The translations under genes and the position numbers were made by a program. The notes under the pieces are model-generated. The model was not told the DNA's origin, made no database searches, and saw only the letters and a list, made by a program, of their open reading frames with translations. A stretch of DNA of 63,073 bases from Anaerolineales bacterium (GTDB lineage: Bacteria; Chloroflexota; Anaerolineae; Anaerolineales; E44-bin32): contig JAUWFP010000001.1 in assembly GCA_030606845.1 (NCBI GenBank), positions 1 to 63,073 on the forward strand, read 5' to 3'. Shown here piece by piece: positions 17,161 through 26,786 of this stretch. The number at the start of each line of letters is the position of its first letter. Position 1 is the first letter of the stretch.

Positions 17161-18108
17161 TCAGGCCTCCTCGATCTCGAGCACCCTGGCGACTTTCGCC
17201 AGCGCTTGCGTACTCAGCAAGAACCCCACCAGCGCCAGCAGATATGCTGCCATCTGAATCAACTCTCCGCTCGGCGACGCATAGATCTGCGCCAGCGCGG
17301 GCGAGGAGAAGCGCAAGAGGGCCACAAGGATCACCGGGGCGACCGCTACGATGCGCATCTGGTTGCGCACACCGGAGAGCTCGGAGTGCATGCGCCTGCG
17401 CTCGCTGGCGGTCTCACGGATGGTGGTGCTCAGCGGGCTCAGGATCTGCTGCAGCGGGATCGTGGCGCCGCGTTTGGACCACACGGCGAGGGTGTCGACG
17501 AGCAGGTCAAGCGAGTAGCTCCGCCGCGCCCGCTGCACCTCCTCGAAAGCCCCATGGATGCTCGCTCCCGAGGTGATCTGGCCGGTAATGTAGACGAAGT
17601 CCTCCTTTGCGACCCAAGGGGCCATCTCCGCCGCGTGGCTCATCGCTCCTTTGAGGGAGCCGTAGAGCTGGGCGCCCACGCCGAGCCGATCGCACATGTC
17701 CGCCAGTACCTCCTCGTACTCGATACGTTTGCCGTTCCTCCTTTGGTACAGCCATTGGACATACAGGATCAGGCCGATGAACCCCATCAAGATCGACACG
17801 CCGATCGCGCCCGTCAACAGGAAGGTGGCCAGAAAGGCCAGGAGGTCGATTATGAGTCCGACCCTGATAAACCCGGTCGGCGTCACCGGCAGGTCTGCCT
17901 GAGCAATGGCGGCGGCGAGTCCCTGTTTGCGGAAGGTCTTCAGGGGACCTTCGCCGGGATCAGCGGGGAACTGTCTGACCCCCTCGTTTTCCCCCGTCAG
18001 GCGCGCTATACGGTCGAAGCCGACGGGCTTGCGCTTATGGGTCAACGACAGGACGATGAGGAAGACACCCACAGCTCCGAGGAAGGACAAAAAGATGCTA
18101 GTGAGCAT
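17161..18108 (-). CDS. tadB: Flp pilus assembly membrane protein TadB (T2SS-F family)
   Basis: Same architecture as TadC; follows the CpaF ATPase. Confidence 0.8.
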   Translation of the reverse strand: MLTSIFLSFLGAVGVFLIVLSLTHKRKPVGFDRIARLTGENEGVRQFPADPGEGPLKTFRKQGLAAAIAQADLPVTPTGFIRVGLIIDLLAFLATFLLTGAIGVSILMGFIGLILYVQWLYQRRNGKRIEYEEVLADMCDRLGVGAQLYGSLKGAMSHAAEMAPWVAKEDFVYITGQITSGASIHGAFEEVQRARRSYSLDLLVDTLAVWSKRGATIPLQQILSPLSTTIRETASERRRMHSELSGVRNQMRIVAVAPVILVALLRFSSPALAQIYASPSGELIQMAAYLLALVGFLLSTQALAKVARVLEIEEA

Positions 18109-18122
18109 TGGTCACCCCTCCT

Positions 18123-19676
18123 TCACGAAGGTTCCATCATGGCCTCGGTCATGCCGACCTCCCGCAGCGCAGCAGCGTGCGTCGAGGCTGTCAGGGGACC
18201 GTCCAACTTCCGGCCGTCGTGCCGGTAGATGGCCTGCATCTCGGGTTCATAGGTCCCGCCCTTCTGGATCACCTCGCCGGTTAGCTCGGCGATGGTGCGC
18301 ACGCGCCGTACCGTCCGACCGTTATTTCGGGTGACCTCCAGCGAGACGGCGATGTCCAGCGTGGAAGCGACCATATGGGCGGCTCTCCAGGTGTCCAGGA
18401 AACGGCCCCGGACGCTCTGGGCTAGCATGAGGAAGATCCGCCCGAAGAGTTCCTCGACGCCATACGCGTGGATGCTGGTCAATCCGTTCTTATGCCCCGT
18501 GTTCAAGGCGTTGAGCAGGTCGAAGACCTCCGCGCCGCGCGCCTCGCCCAACGTCAGGGCGTCCGGACGGTGGCGCAGCGCCAGCTTGACCAGGTCTTCC
18601 TGGTTGATGGGCGGCACGCCCTCCAGTGATTCGGGGCGCGTCCGCAGGTAAAGCACGTTGTTGGGTTTGTCCTCATGGGGGTGCAGGACGATCTCAGGCG
18701 TGTCCTCGATGATCAGGAGACGCTTCCCCCTGGGGATCTTGCGGCCAAGGGCCATGAGCAACGTCGTCTTGCCTGACCCCGTCGGCCCGACGGCCACGAT
18801 GTTCAACCCCGCCAGCACGGCGCCGTGCAAATAGGCCGCCGCCTCAGGAGAGAGCATACCGACCGTCTCCCCCTCCAGCAAGGTGCTGTAATCTGGGATT
18901 CCGTGTTCTTCGTCCCACATCTTCACCGCGTTCCCGTCTGTATGTACCATGTCCTCCAGGTTGATTTCCCGAGCCCTGGGAATGCGGATCACGGCCGTCG
19001 GCCAGGGCGTGGCGATCGGGTGTGTGACCACCCCGATGCGCTCCTTTCCCGGCAGGACAGCGTCGGCGATGGGCATGACCATGTTGACCTGGCGGTTGGA
19101 GTCAGCGATGCCCCGGTTGAGCATCTCGAGCAGCCGGTCCGGGGATTCGAAGTGTATGTCCGTCGCCTCCCACCCGCCCCCGCGGTAGACCATCACCTCG
19201 TCCGGGCCGTTAACGGCGATGTCTTCCACCGTCTCGTCGTCCAGCAATGGCTCCAGCGGCCCCATCCCCAGCAGGTCAGCTAGCACCCGGCTGACGAACA
19301 AATCCGGTTCGACGGGAATCCTCTCCCGGTTCTCCCGCAGGGCCTGGTCGTTGAAGGAGATGTAGACCTGGCTGGCCAACCTCGTGGCCTCGTCTGTGAC
19401 TCTCGGTCCAGCTACGCCCAGCTGGTCCGGTGTGAAGGTTTCAGTTAACCGCCGCCGCACCATGGCGAGCGCCTCCTGGTAGGGGTCCTGGCCCACTACC
19501 GCTATGTCCGCCGTTTTAATGGCGAATTCCTCCTCAAAGTATGTCTGTCCCAACGCTAAACTCCTCGAATATCTGTAGCCGTGAACAACAGGCACTAGTC
19601 GTATGCCTTTGTGCGTAGCTTTCGAAAGAGACCGAAGCCGCGTTTTACCCGTCCGTTCCTCATCCGTTCCACCCAT
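18123..19676 (-). CDS. cpaF: CpaF/TadA secretion ATPase (start uncertain; the ORF overlaps the upstream gene by 82 nt)
   Basis: Walker A VGPTGSGKTT, LLIIEDTPE (Walker B/Asp box), and the GEARGAE and TGH motifs of the VirB11/CpaF family. Confidence 0.9.
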   Translation of the reverse strand: MGGTDEERTGKTRLRSLSKATHKGIRLVPVVHGYRYSRSLALGQTYFEEEFAIKTADIAVVGQDPYQEALAMVRRRLTETFTPDQLGVAGPRVTDEATRLASQVYISFNDQALRENRERIPVEPDLFVSRVLADLLGMGPLEPLLDDETVEDIAVNGPDEVMVYRGGGWEATDIHFESPDRLLEMLNRGIADSNRQVNMVMPIADAVLPGKERIGVVTHPIATPWPTAVIRIPRAREINLEDMVHTDGNAVKMWDEEHGIPDYSTLLEGETVGMLSPEAAAYLHGAVLAGLNIVAVGPTGSGKTTLLMALGRKIPRGKRLLIIEDTPEIVLHPHEDKPNNVLYLRTRPESLEGVPPINQEDLVKLALRHRPDALTLGEARGAEVFDLLNALNTGHKNGLTSIHAYGVEELFGRIFLMLAQSVRGRFLDTWRAAHMVASTLDIAVSLEVTRNNGRTVRRVRTIAELTGEVIQKGGTYEPEMQAIYRHDGRKLDGPLTASTHAAALREVGMTEAMMEPS

Positions 19677-21034
19677 GCCGCGCCGATGGGTGGGTAGAAC
19701 TGCGCCGCCAGCTCGGCGATCGCCTGGAGGGTGGCCTCCGTCTGAGGTGGATTCCTGCGCTCGTTGGCGTATTTGGCGATGTAGGAGATGCCCTCGTTGC
19801 CGGCTCGGGTGACGTTCCCCGTGGTGTCAAGCGGGAGGATGCCCAGCGCCGAGACCTTGGCGAAATTGGCAGCCTCCTGCAGCGAGACCCCCAGGTTCTC
19901 CTGCCACTTGTTTATCACCAAGCCGAAGCGTTGGACGTTGATCCCGACCCGCGGGACCACGCTCTGATGGACGCCCTCTCTTACGTCGGCGATGCTGGTC
20001 ATGTCAGGCTCGCAGACTACCAGGATGTAATCGACCTCATGCAGTACTCCCTGATGGAGACCCACATTCACCGAGCTTCCCGGGTCGGCGATGACGAAGT
20101 CATAATTCCTGGATAGTAGGGGCAGCAGAAAGCGGGCGAATTCGACGCCGGCTTCGCCGGCCAAGTGCTCATGCCGCGACTGCTCCATGTTCGTCACACC
20201 GGCCAGCACCTTTAGATTGGGCGCTCCCTTCACCGCCGCCATGAGCCCATCGATGCGCTGGGGCAGGTCGACCTCGAGTGAGGCGTGCCCCTTGCTCGTG
20301 TGATATGCAGAGGCGGCGTTGAGGATCCCGTAGGGCGCGTCCAAGTTGAGTCGCAGGCGCACGTGCCCTCCGTTCATGTTGGCATCCACCAGGGCTACCT
20401 TCCGACCGCCGACGGCAGCCAGCGTCACGGCGAGCTCGCAGGCGATGGTCGTCTTTCCTACGCCGCCTTTCGGGGCCCACACCCCGATGACCTGGCGCTG
20501 CCATGCGCTGCCACCGGTGGCCGCTGTAGCGGCGCGAATGGTTTCCGGGGCGCCGGCTCCCCACGCGCCTTTTCCCCACTGCGCCTCAAGCGCATTGAAT
20601 TGGGTCGGTAGCTCGTCGCAGATCCTCTCGATCGTACCTCTGTTCATCGGCAGGCTGAAAACTGCGTCAAGGTGGACTTCGAGCATAGCCTCCATCTTTC
20701 GGGATCCCGCCTGCGCCAGACCTACAATGACGAGAGGGAACTTCGCCTCATGTCGTAAGCTCAGCACGTCGGCCAGGTTGTATCCATCGACCTCGGCGTC
20801 GACCAGGACGAGCTGCGGCCGCATCTGATCGAGCATACGCTGGGCGCTGCCCTTCTCGAAGATGGGCAGGGTCGTGATCACGCGGACCGGGCGGTCAGTG
20901 GCTACGTGAAGCTCGCCGAGGAGCTGCTGACCCAGTTCCGGTCGGGTGAAGGCGAGCGAGCTGATATATTCAAGTTCCATAGTCGGCGCTCCTGGAGGGT
21001 ATCTCCAATGCTGGGAGCCTCCTGAGAATGCCAT
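19595..21034 (-). CDS. CpaE/TadZ-like ParA/MinD-family ATPase with a receiver-like N-terminal domain
   Basis: Deviant Walker A GVWAPKGGVGKTTIACELA. The N-terminal roughly 130 aa resemble an REC-like fold, as in TadZ. Confidence 0.85.
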   Translation of the reverse strand: MAFSGGSQHWRYPPGAPTMELEYISSLAFTRPELGQQLLGELHVATDRPVRVITTLPIFEKGSAQRMLDQMRPQLVLVDAEVDGYNLADVLSLRHEAKFPLVIVGLAQAGSRKMEAMLEVHLDAVFSLPMNRGTIERICDELPTQFNALEAQWGKGAWGAGAPETIRAATAATGGSAWQRQVIGVWAPKGGVGKTTIACELAVTLAAVGGRKVALVDANMNGGHVRLRLNLDAPYGILNAASAYHTSKGHASLEVDLPQRIDGLMAAVKGAPNLKVLAGVTNMEQSRHEHLAGEAGVEFARFLLPLLSRNYDFVIADPGSSVNVGLHQGVLHEVDYILVVCEPDMTSIADVREGVHQSVVPRVGINVQRFGLVINKWQENLGVSLQEAANFAKVSALGILPLDTTGNVTRAGNEGISYIAKYANERRNPPQTEATLQAIAELAAQFYPPIGAAWVERMRNGRVKRGFGLFRKLRTKAYD

Positions 21035-21054
21035 ACCGCATCACCATCGAATCT

Positions 21055-22083
21055 CTACGGTGTGGTCGTGGTCGCCATCGGGCTGGCCGTCGCCTTCTGC
21101 ACTGCCGTCGGCGTGGGAGTCGGCGCCAGCGCCTCCCGGTCGGCGTAGAACAAGTCGAGCAGGTCCTGGAGAGAAGCGCCCATGGTGGGACTGTCGATCT
21201 CGCCCTCGGCCAGCGGCGACAGGATCCCGATTTGAAGGATACCGGCACTGGAAGCCATGGTGACCATTTCGAAAGTATCGCGTGGGATGATGACCTCGAG
21301 CCCGATGACGTCCCCCAGTTCGATCGTCGTGTCACCCGCCGAGGTGAAGGAGGTCACATTCCGCTCCCGGATCACCCTCACCACAGGCGCCCCGTGCACG
21401 ATCACCTTGGCCAACGGCTCGCGGATGTCTGGTAGAGGGGTCGGCGTTGGTATCGCCGTCGGTGTTTCCTCGTCCAGGGGAAGGTCGACCCCACTTTCCT
21501 CGGCCAGCTCCTCTAGCAATTTCTCAGGCGAGGCGCTGACCGGGTTGATGAAGCCTCCAGCGCTTGGTGGCCTCGGCATGAGCTCAGCTCGATTCATCAC
21601 TACAGGGTCACTTATCTGGTCGATGGCCACCGCCAGATCCACCCGATCTCCGGCAGAGACGCTTTCCGGCGCGGTACCCCGGGTCGAGATCACCACCAAC
21701 ATCAAATTGGGGTCGTCCATCCCCAGGCGGACCAGACGGGCTGCGGCCGGGTTGTCCGGTGCGACGACCGAGCTTAGCAGGATAGGCTCGAACTTGAGCA
21801 CATCCTGGATGAGAATGCCGCCCGAAGCCCTCATAGACTCCAGGTCTTCGGGTTTCATCAGAGACTGGAGAATGGGCCTGGCGGAGGTTTTGAGCTGAAC
21901 TGGCACCAGCACTAGTAGTTCATCGGGGATGTCCATCAATCTGGTCCCAGCCGGGATGTCCTCCCGTGCCGCTACTACCAGGGAGGGGGTGGGCGCCAGG
22001 ACTGAGTTCATCAAGAAGATGGCTCCTCCGCCGATCAGGGCGAACACCAAACCGACTACGAGCATGAAGCGATTGAATCTCAT
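21055..22083 (-). CDS. cpaB: CpaB/RcpC Flp pilus assembly protein (SAF domain)
   Basis: N-terminal TM helix followed by VVAAREDIPAGTRL, the SAF-domain motif typical of CpaB. Confidence 0.8.
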   Translation of the reverse strand: MRFNRFMLVVGLVFALIGGGAIFLMNSVLAPTPSLVVAAREDIPAGTRLMDIPDELLVLVPVQLKTSARPILQSLMKPEDLESMRASGGILIQDVLKFEPILLSSVVAPDNPAAARLVRLGMDDPNLMLVVISTRGTAPESVSAGDRVDLAVAIDQISDPVVMNRAELMPRPPSAGGFINPVSASPEKLLEELAEESGVDLPLDEETPTAIPTPTPLPDIREPLAKVIVHGAPVVRVIRERNVTSFTSAGDTTIELGDVIGLEVIIPRDTFEMVTMASSAGILQIGILSPLAEGEIDSPTMGASLQDLLDLFYADREALAPTPTPTAVQKATASPMATTTTP

Positions 22084-22122
22084 GATTCCGCGGCCTCCTC
22101 TTCCATGTCCGTTTTTCTGACC

Positions 22123-22419
22123 TCACCAAAAACGAGCCTTGATCTTCTCGGTCACCCCTTCCAGCACAAGCCTCAGGGTCTCCAGCTGCATCGGGGACAG
22201 GTCGCTCACATCCGAAACCTCCAAGGCAATCCACCCACGTGTGAACCATTCCAATCCCTGCCCCGCATCCAGAGCCCTGCTGAGATCCCGCGCTCGGGCG
22301 GAGGCGATGGCTGTCGAACAACCCGTCACCTGCTGAATGGCTTCCCCGAGCGACACGACCCACTCGGGCGTCTCCCCAAGCGCCTGCAGGTGGTCCCGGA
22401 TAGTGGGCTTTCCTCGCAT
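22123..22419 (-). CDS. Hypothetical protein (98 aa) between parB and cpaB
   Basis: ORF in operon orientation, 5 nt after the parB stop. No motif recognised. Confidence 0.5.
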   Translation of the reverse strand: MRGKPTIRDHLQALGETPEWVVSLGEAIQQVTGCSTAIASARARDLSRALDAGQGLEWFTRGWIALEVSDVSDLSPMQLETLRLVLEGVTEKIKARFW

Positions 22420-22424
22420 GGGTC

Positions 22425-23663
22425 CTACGCCTCGAAGAAGATCGTCTGGAGAAATCCTGCCACCTCTGGATCCTCCTCGCCTGCGATCAGACCGCGCGCC
22501 CGCTCAAGGGTGTCAAGATGTCTCTGGATGACACTTTTGATCCTCCGGTTTCCGGCAGCCCTGGAGGCGAGCTCCAGAGATCGTGACGTCTCGCCGCCGG
22601 CAGCCGCGTGGACGCAGGCCATGGTGAGGGTGGCGTAGTCGGTCTTCATTCTGAGGGCGGTCCTAGTCAGGCGGTGGGCGATGGACTTCGAGGCGCCTGT
22701 GCGGTTCGAGAGCGCCAGCAGGCTGTCCTCGTCCTCCGGATCCGGGATGCGCGGTGAGACCTTGTTCTTCTGCGAGTTCTTGGAATTAGCCCTGTTCGCC
22801 CTGGCGCCAGCCTTCCCAGCTGCAGGTCTCACTTGTCTTTGATTGGGGTCGTCAGCGTTTTTATCGACTGCCTCCACAAATCCCATCGCCAACTTCGCTG
22901 CGGCGATAGGTTCGACACCGCTTTCCACCATCTGTCGGAAGGTTGCAGCTTGAGGTTGCGATGCCTTTCCAAGGATAGTCGCCAGTTCCATCTGGGTAGT
23001 TTCCGGGATCCCCTTGAAGAGCGGCTGCATCTCCTGAACGGCTCGGGGCGCCATGCCTTCGGCGAAGCACCTTCGCAGGACAGGGGTGCTCTTCTCGTAG
23101 GCGCTGATAAGGCTTGACACGGTGCCGAAGGGAAGTCCGCTTCGTCTCGCCATATTTCGCAGGCTCAAACTCGGATCGCTCCCTTTCAATGCCATCAAGC
23201 TCAGGGCTTTCTCGTACGCAGTGAGCTCGCGATGTCCCAGGTTCTCCGCCAGGGCGAATGCCTGGATGTCGTCCTCCTCTTTGGCGATGATGGCGTCGAT
23301 GGTTTCCTGACCTGCGAGACGAGCGGCGGCTAAGCGCCTGTGCCCTGCGATGGGGCGATAGCGGCTCGGCTCGCCCAATCTGGCGGACAACTTCTCCAGG
23401 TAGATCGGTTCGAGCACGCCGTGGTTCTTGACGCTCTCGAGTAGCTCGGCGTCCTTTGGGAACCTCTCCGGATCAAAGGTGACGAGCCGGCTTTGGTGGG
23501 GCGAGTCCTCGGCGATGTTCTCGATGGGGACGGGCATGTGCGATCGTTCCAGCCTAAAGCCCTCTTCCCTTCTGGTTTCAGCGTGACCCAGACCGCCAAA
23601 TCCCCCCTCCTCCAGAGAGAGTTCCTCCAGCAGGCTTTCGGGCGCAGCTTCCCTACGCGCCAT
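22425..23663 (-). CDS. parB: ParB-like partition/nuclease-domain protein (412 aa)
   Basis: ParB N-terminal motifs GVLEPIYLEK and YRPIAGHRRLAAARLAG. Confidence 0.85.
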   Translation of the reverse strand: MARREAAPESLLEELSLEEGGFGGLGHAETRREEGFRLERSHMPVPIENIAEDSPHQSRLVTFDPERFPKDAELLESVKNHGVLEPIYLEKLSARLGEPSRYRPIAGHRRLAAARLAGQETIDAIIAKEEDDIQAFALAENLGHRELTAYEKALSLMALKGSDPSLSLRNMARRSGLPFGTVSSLISAYEKSTPVLRRCFAEGMAPRAVQEMQPLFKGIPETTQMELATILGKASQPQAATFRQMVESGVEPIAAAKLAMGFVEAVDKNADDPNQRQVRPAAGKAGARANRANSKNSQKNKVSPRIPDPEDEDSLLALSNRTGASKSIAHRLTRTALRMKTDYATLTMACVHAAAGGETSRSLELASRAAGNRRIKSVIQRHLDTLERARGLIAGEEDPEVAGFLQTIFFEA

Positions 23664-24558
23664 GTGCTGCCTCCGCGGGGTATTGCAGCGCTTCAGCCAA
23701 TTCAGCTGATCGACCGTCTTCCCGCATTACCTTCTCATCTTCACTAATCATAAGGAGTGGCACGTCCTCTCTTGCTTCTGCTTCCTCGGTTGACCCCTGG
23801 AAGATGAATTGACAGATACCATCCATGGTGGACTCGAACCGCTTGGGGAATTTGCCGTAACGCCAGCGGCCGCGCAGGATGATCCGGGAGTAGGGCAGAC
23901 CTGGTAGCACCTCAAATCCCATCGCGATAAGCGCCTCGCTGGCCCGGAGCTTGCGCTGCCACCGTTCCAGTTCTCGGGCTTCCCAGTTGGCGTTCCCGAT
24001 TCCTATTGGTATGAGTGCTCCCTTCCGTTGGTGATTATGGAGGGCCACTTTCAGCGTGTTGATTGTCGGCCTGGCCGTCTGCTGGGAGAGCATGACCGGG
24101 ATGAGCACAATATCGGCGGCGACGATCCCTATCGCTACAAGAGAGGGATGGGTCCCCGTGTCAATGATCACTATCGTGTTGTCGGGGAGGGTGGCACTTT
24201 CGAGTGAGTAATTCAGCGATCTGAGAGGTGGGTTTGCGTTCGCGAGGTCGGCCAGATCTGCGTCCCCGGGCACAACAAAGATCCTTTCGTCGTGCCGGCT
24301 CCGCCGTGCCGCCTCGCTCATGAGCTCACCGGAAGGGATGCCTTCAACCTCCAATCGGAGCACGTCGACCAGGGTGGGCGGGTCGATCTGACCGCCAAGG
24401 AGGATGGATGATGCGCCTCCCTGGGGATCCATGTCAATGACGACGATCTCAAGGTCTTCTCTGTCCGCAAGATAACGGGCGAGCATGGCGGCGATGGTTG
24501 TCTTACCGACACCACCTTTCATGGATGTGACTGTGACGACCATGCACTCTCCAATCAT
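23653..24558 (-). CDS. parA: ParA-family partition ATPase (301 aa)
   Basis: Deviant Walker A SMKGGVGKTTIAAMLA and IDMDPQG. It overlaps the parB start by 11 nt. Confidence 0.9.
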   Translation of the reverse strand: MIGECMVVTVTSMKGGVGKTTIAAMLARYLADREDLEIVVIDMDPQGGASSILLGGQIDPPTLVDVLRLEVEGIPSGELMSEAARRSRHDERIFVVPGDADLADLANANPPLRSLNYSLESATLPDNTIVIIDTGTHPSLVAIGIVAADIVLIPVMLSQQTARPTINTLKVALHNHQRKGALIPIGIGNANWEARELERWQRKLRASEALIAMGFEVLPGLPYSRIILRGRWRYGKFPKRFESTMDGICQFIFQGSTEEAEAREDVPLLMISEDEKVMREDGRSAELAEALQYPAEAAHGA

Positions 24559-24789
24559 TAGATGGAACTGAGGTGGAGGAGCTGCTCACTGGATCACGAT
24601 CTCATTCTTGTATATGTGATGCAGTGGGAAATCGTCCGGATTCCTCCTCGTAGAGGTGACTATAGCACCATGGAGGGACACTGTGCGTTAGGTGATCGTT
24701 ATTTGGGTGTGGGAATGCGGGATGGTCTGCGGGTGGAGACCTATTCCAGAATGGTAGAGCTCACTCTATGCTTTTTTGGTTTATCCGGT

Positions 24790-24803
24790 GTATGTATACA
24801 TAC
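24790..24803. other. Perfect 14-bp palindrome GTATGTATACATAC about 230 nt upstream of parA
   Basis: I checked by hand that it is self-complementary. It is a candidate operator or centromere-like site only. Confidence 0.3.
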
Positions 24804-25482
24804 AAATGTGACGTCATTCACAAAGCACGGCTATATCTGGACAGGCACATCGTTCTCAAGGGATCTCTCCGGAGCTCCCTACGATCTCCATTCTATGGTA
24901 ATCGGATCGGTTAAATAGAACCACGTGATCTTCGAAGGGGAAGGGGATTCCTTACAAGTCTGTCCTTATCGAGAGCATTGTTCGAAACATGACAAGCGGG
25001 AGTCAGTACGAAGAAACTCAGCAGCTTGAGAAGCAAGATAATGTCAACCAACAATGATATGAAGGTCACCCATTTTGATTATGGTGTTCGCAAGAAAGGA
25101 GTAGCTACGACATCAGCGGATGTATTACGAAGTCACACAGATTGCAAACCAATTTTATGTGAGCATCAACATGAATAATGTTTCCAATGTGAATTAAGAT
25201 ATAAGTCGGCCTGTTTTACCTTGGGGCCTCTTTCCTCCTGTATATAAGGAAGCGTCTTATTTGAGTCTGGTCATCTCAAGCGACCAATTTTCCCCTGAAA
25301 ATCCCCGGCCTTCAGATTATTTTTCCATGCTTTGTCTGACAGCCCTTCCCAGCCTGGGGTGAGATGCGCAGTCAATTTCATATCTTAGATTGAGGGCTCC
25401 AGCCGGATAATCTTCTTCGTGCAGGAACGCAATCTTCCTCTATCATCTGCTTGCAACTAACGATGGAGTAACGCGAGATTCC

Positions 25483-25511
25483 TTGACTTCAGGGGTCTCT
25501 ACGTCTAAGAT
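25483..25511 (+). promoter_or_regulatory. Sigma70-like promoter candidate
   Basis: TTGACT, 17-nt spacer, TAAGAT. No ORF of 60 aa or more lies downstream on this strand. Confidence 0.3.
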
Positions 25512-25553
25512 GCAAGAACCAATAAATCAGTGAGCAACAAAATACGTTCGAAA

Positions 25554-25599
25554 ATTCCGCCCCGAAGCGGTGCTTTGCGTTTGAGTTGCGGGGCGGAAT
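25554..25599 (+). terminator. 11-bp GC-rich hairpin, possible terminator or structured RNA element
   Basis: ATTCCGCCCCG-(24 nt)-CGGGGCGGAAT followed by CTTCTTT. It lies about 40 nt downstream of the promoter candidate. Confidence 0.3.
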
Positions 25600-25956
25600 C
25601 TTCTTTAAGCCAGGTCCGTACATGGAAGCGCAACATGAGCAGAGCTACCCAGAAACGCCGCACAATTCATGAAGGTAGTCTCACTTCAAAGGTCCGGTAG
25701 ATCCCAGGACAACTCAAAGGTGGTCCAGTATGATGCGATAGTTTGGGGTTTTGGTCATCGCTAGATTACCGCGTTGAAGTAAAGAAGGATGACCGAGGGT
25801 ACCATTGATGGGGTCGCCGTGATGAATAATTAGATGATGATCCAGCCGTTCATTTGACCTTATCCCGCGTGAGAAATCCGCACTCGGCGGATGGGTTATC
25901 TCGCACAACCTCATGGACAACATAAGATAAGAACGGAGGCCCGGTCGGGTTCACAT

Positions 25957-25980
25957 GCCCGCATCGGGCTTTTTTGCTTT
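25957..25980 (+). terminator. Intrinsic terminator candidate (plus strand)
   Basis: GCCCG-CAT-CGGGC followed by TTTTTTGCTTTT. The upstream GGCCCG could extend the stem. Confidence 0.4.
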
Positions 25981-26165
25981 TCGATCTCGGTCTGTGTGAG
26001 ATCGAATGCAAGCCTTCATCGACCGATAGATCAGCGTAGCTATGGAGAAAGGAGGTGACTTTGCCAAGATGTAAGGAACTGCGACGTAAATCCGATGGCT
26101 AAGGGATCCCCGGCCGATCGGGTTATTTCGGATTCAAACCAAGAACCATTCCCAGGAGATGCACC

Positions 26166-26378
26166 ATGAACAAGCATTGTAAATATCAAAGGGATCGAAG
26201 TTCATATTCGCTCGAGGATGTTCTCTCGGATGATATCCGTCACGTGATCCAACGTACGGTTCAGGAAGGAAGAACCTCCATACGTGAAGGATACATCTGG
26301 CGCAATTGCGCCTCGAGTCCTGAATTCATTCTGGCATGCGAGGCTGCCAAGGAATCAGGACTACAGGTGACCGTGTAG
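26166..26378 (+). CDS. Hypothetical small protein (70 aa)
   Basis: AGGAG lies 7 nt upstream of the ATG. No motif recognised. Confidence 0.35.
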   Translation: MNKHCKYQRDRSSYSLEDVLSDDIRHVIQRTVQEGRTSIREGYIWRNCASSPEFILACEAAKESGLQVTV

Positions 26379-26450
26379 TTATTCAGAGAATAGGGCCGCC
26401 GGGATTTCTCACTAGCGGCACTTGCATGATTCACTGGAAAGGAGCCTAAG

Positions 26451-26654
26451 ATGCTTACCTCTGCAAATCTGAAAGCACGTTCTTGTCGCAGCAATTACTG
26501 GCGACGCCGGCGGATCGAACGTCGGCGCAAGGAACGAGGCAGGCTGATCTACGCTGTCCTCGAGCACCTTTACGGCGGGGACCAGGCTCGCAGCATGTGG
26601 TCCGCCTACCTGCGGTCTAAGCAGGGTAACGACCGCTTGGGGCGAGTCTCATGA
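26451..26654 (+). CDS. Hypothetical small arginine-rich protein (67 aa)
   Basis: AAGGAG lies 7 nt upstream of the ATG. It contains an RRRRIERRRKERGR basic stretch. Confidence 0.35.
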   Translation: MLTSANLKARSCRSNYWRRRRIERRRKERGRLIYAVLEHLYGGDQARSMWSAYLRSKQGNDRLGRVS

Positions 26655-26786
26655 GAACGCCTCGGTTGGTAGTTCATTCCGAAGGGTCTGGGAGCACATG
26701 AGATGGGAAGTCTGGGAATAATAGGGTGGAGGCCATTGCGCCATTGCTTTGAGGAGGCCCCCCATGTCTTATAGGAGTACATTGGT

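Noticed and set aside
11120-24558. Secretin (RcpA/CpaC), TadD and prepilin peptidase (TadV/CpaA) genes in the tad cluster
   Set aside because: None of the ORFs shows the secretin C-terminal domain or the two-aspartate peptidase motifs. The 646-aa lipoprotein has no recognisable secretin features. They may be encoded elsewhere.
24562-24918. 118-aa plus-strand ORF next to parA, and the 69-aa minus-strand ORF at 25714-25923
   Set aside because: They have no RBS, an odd composition (Trp/Cys/His-rich) and no motifs. I treated the region as non-coding.
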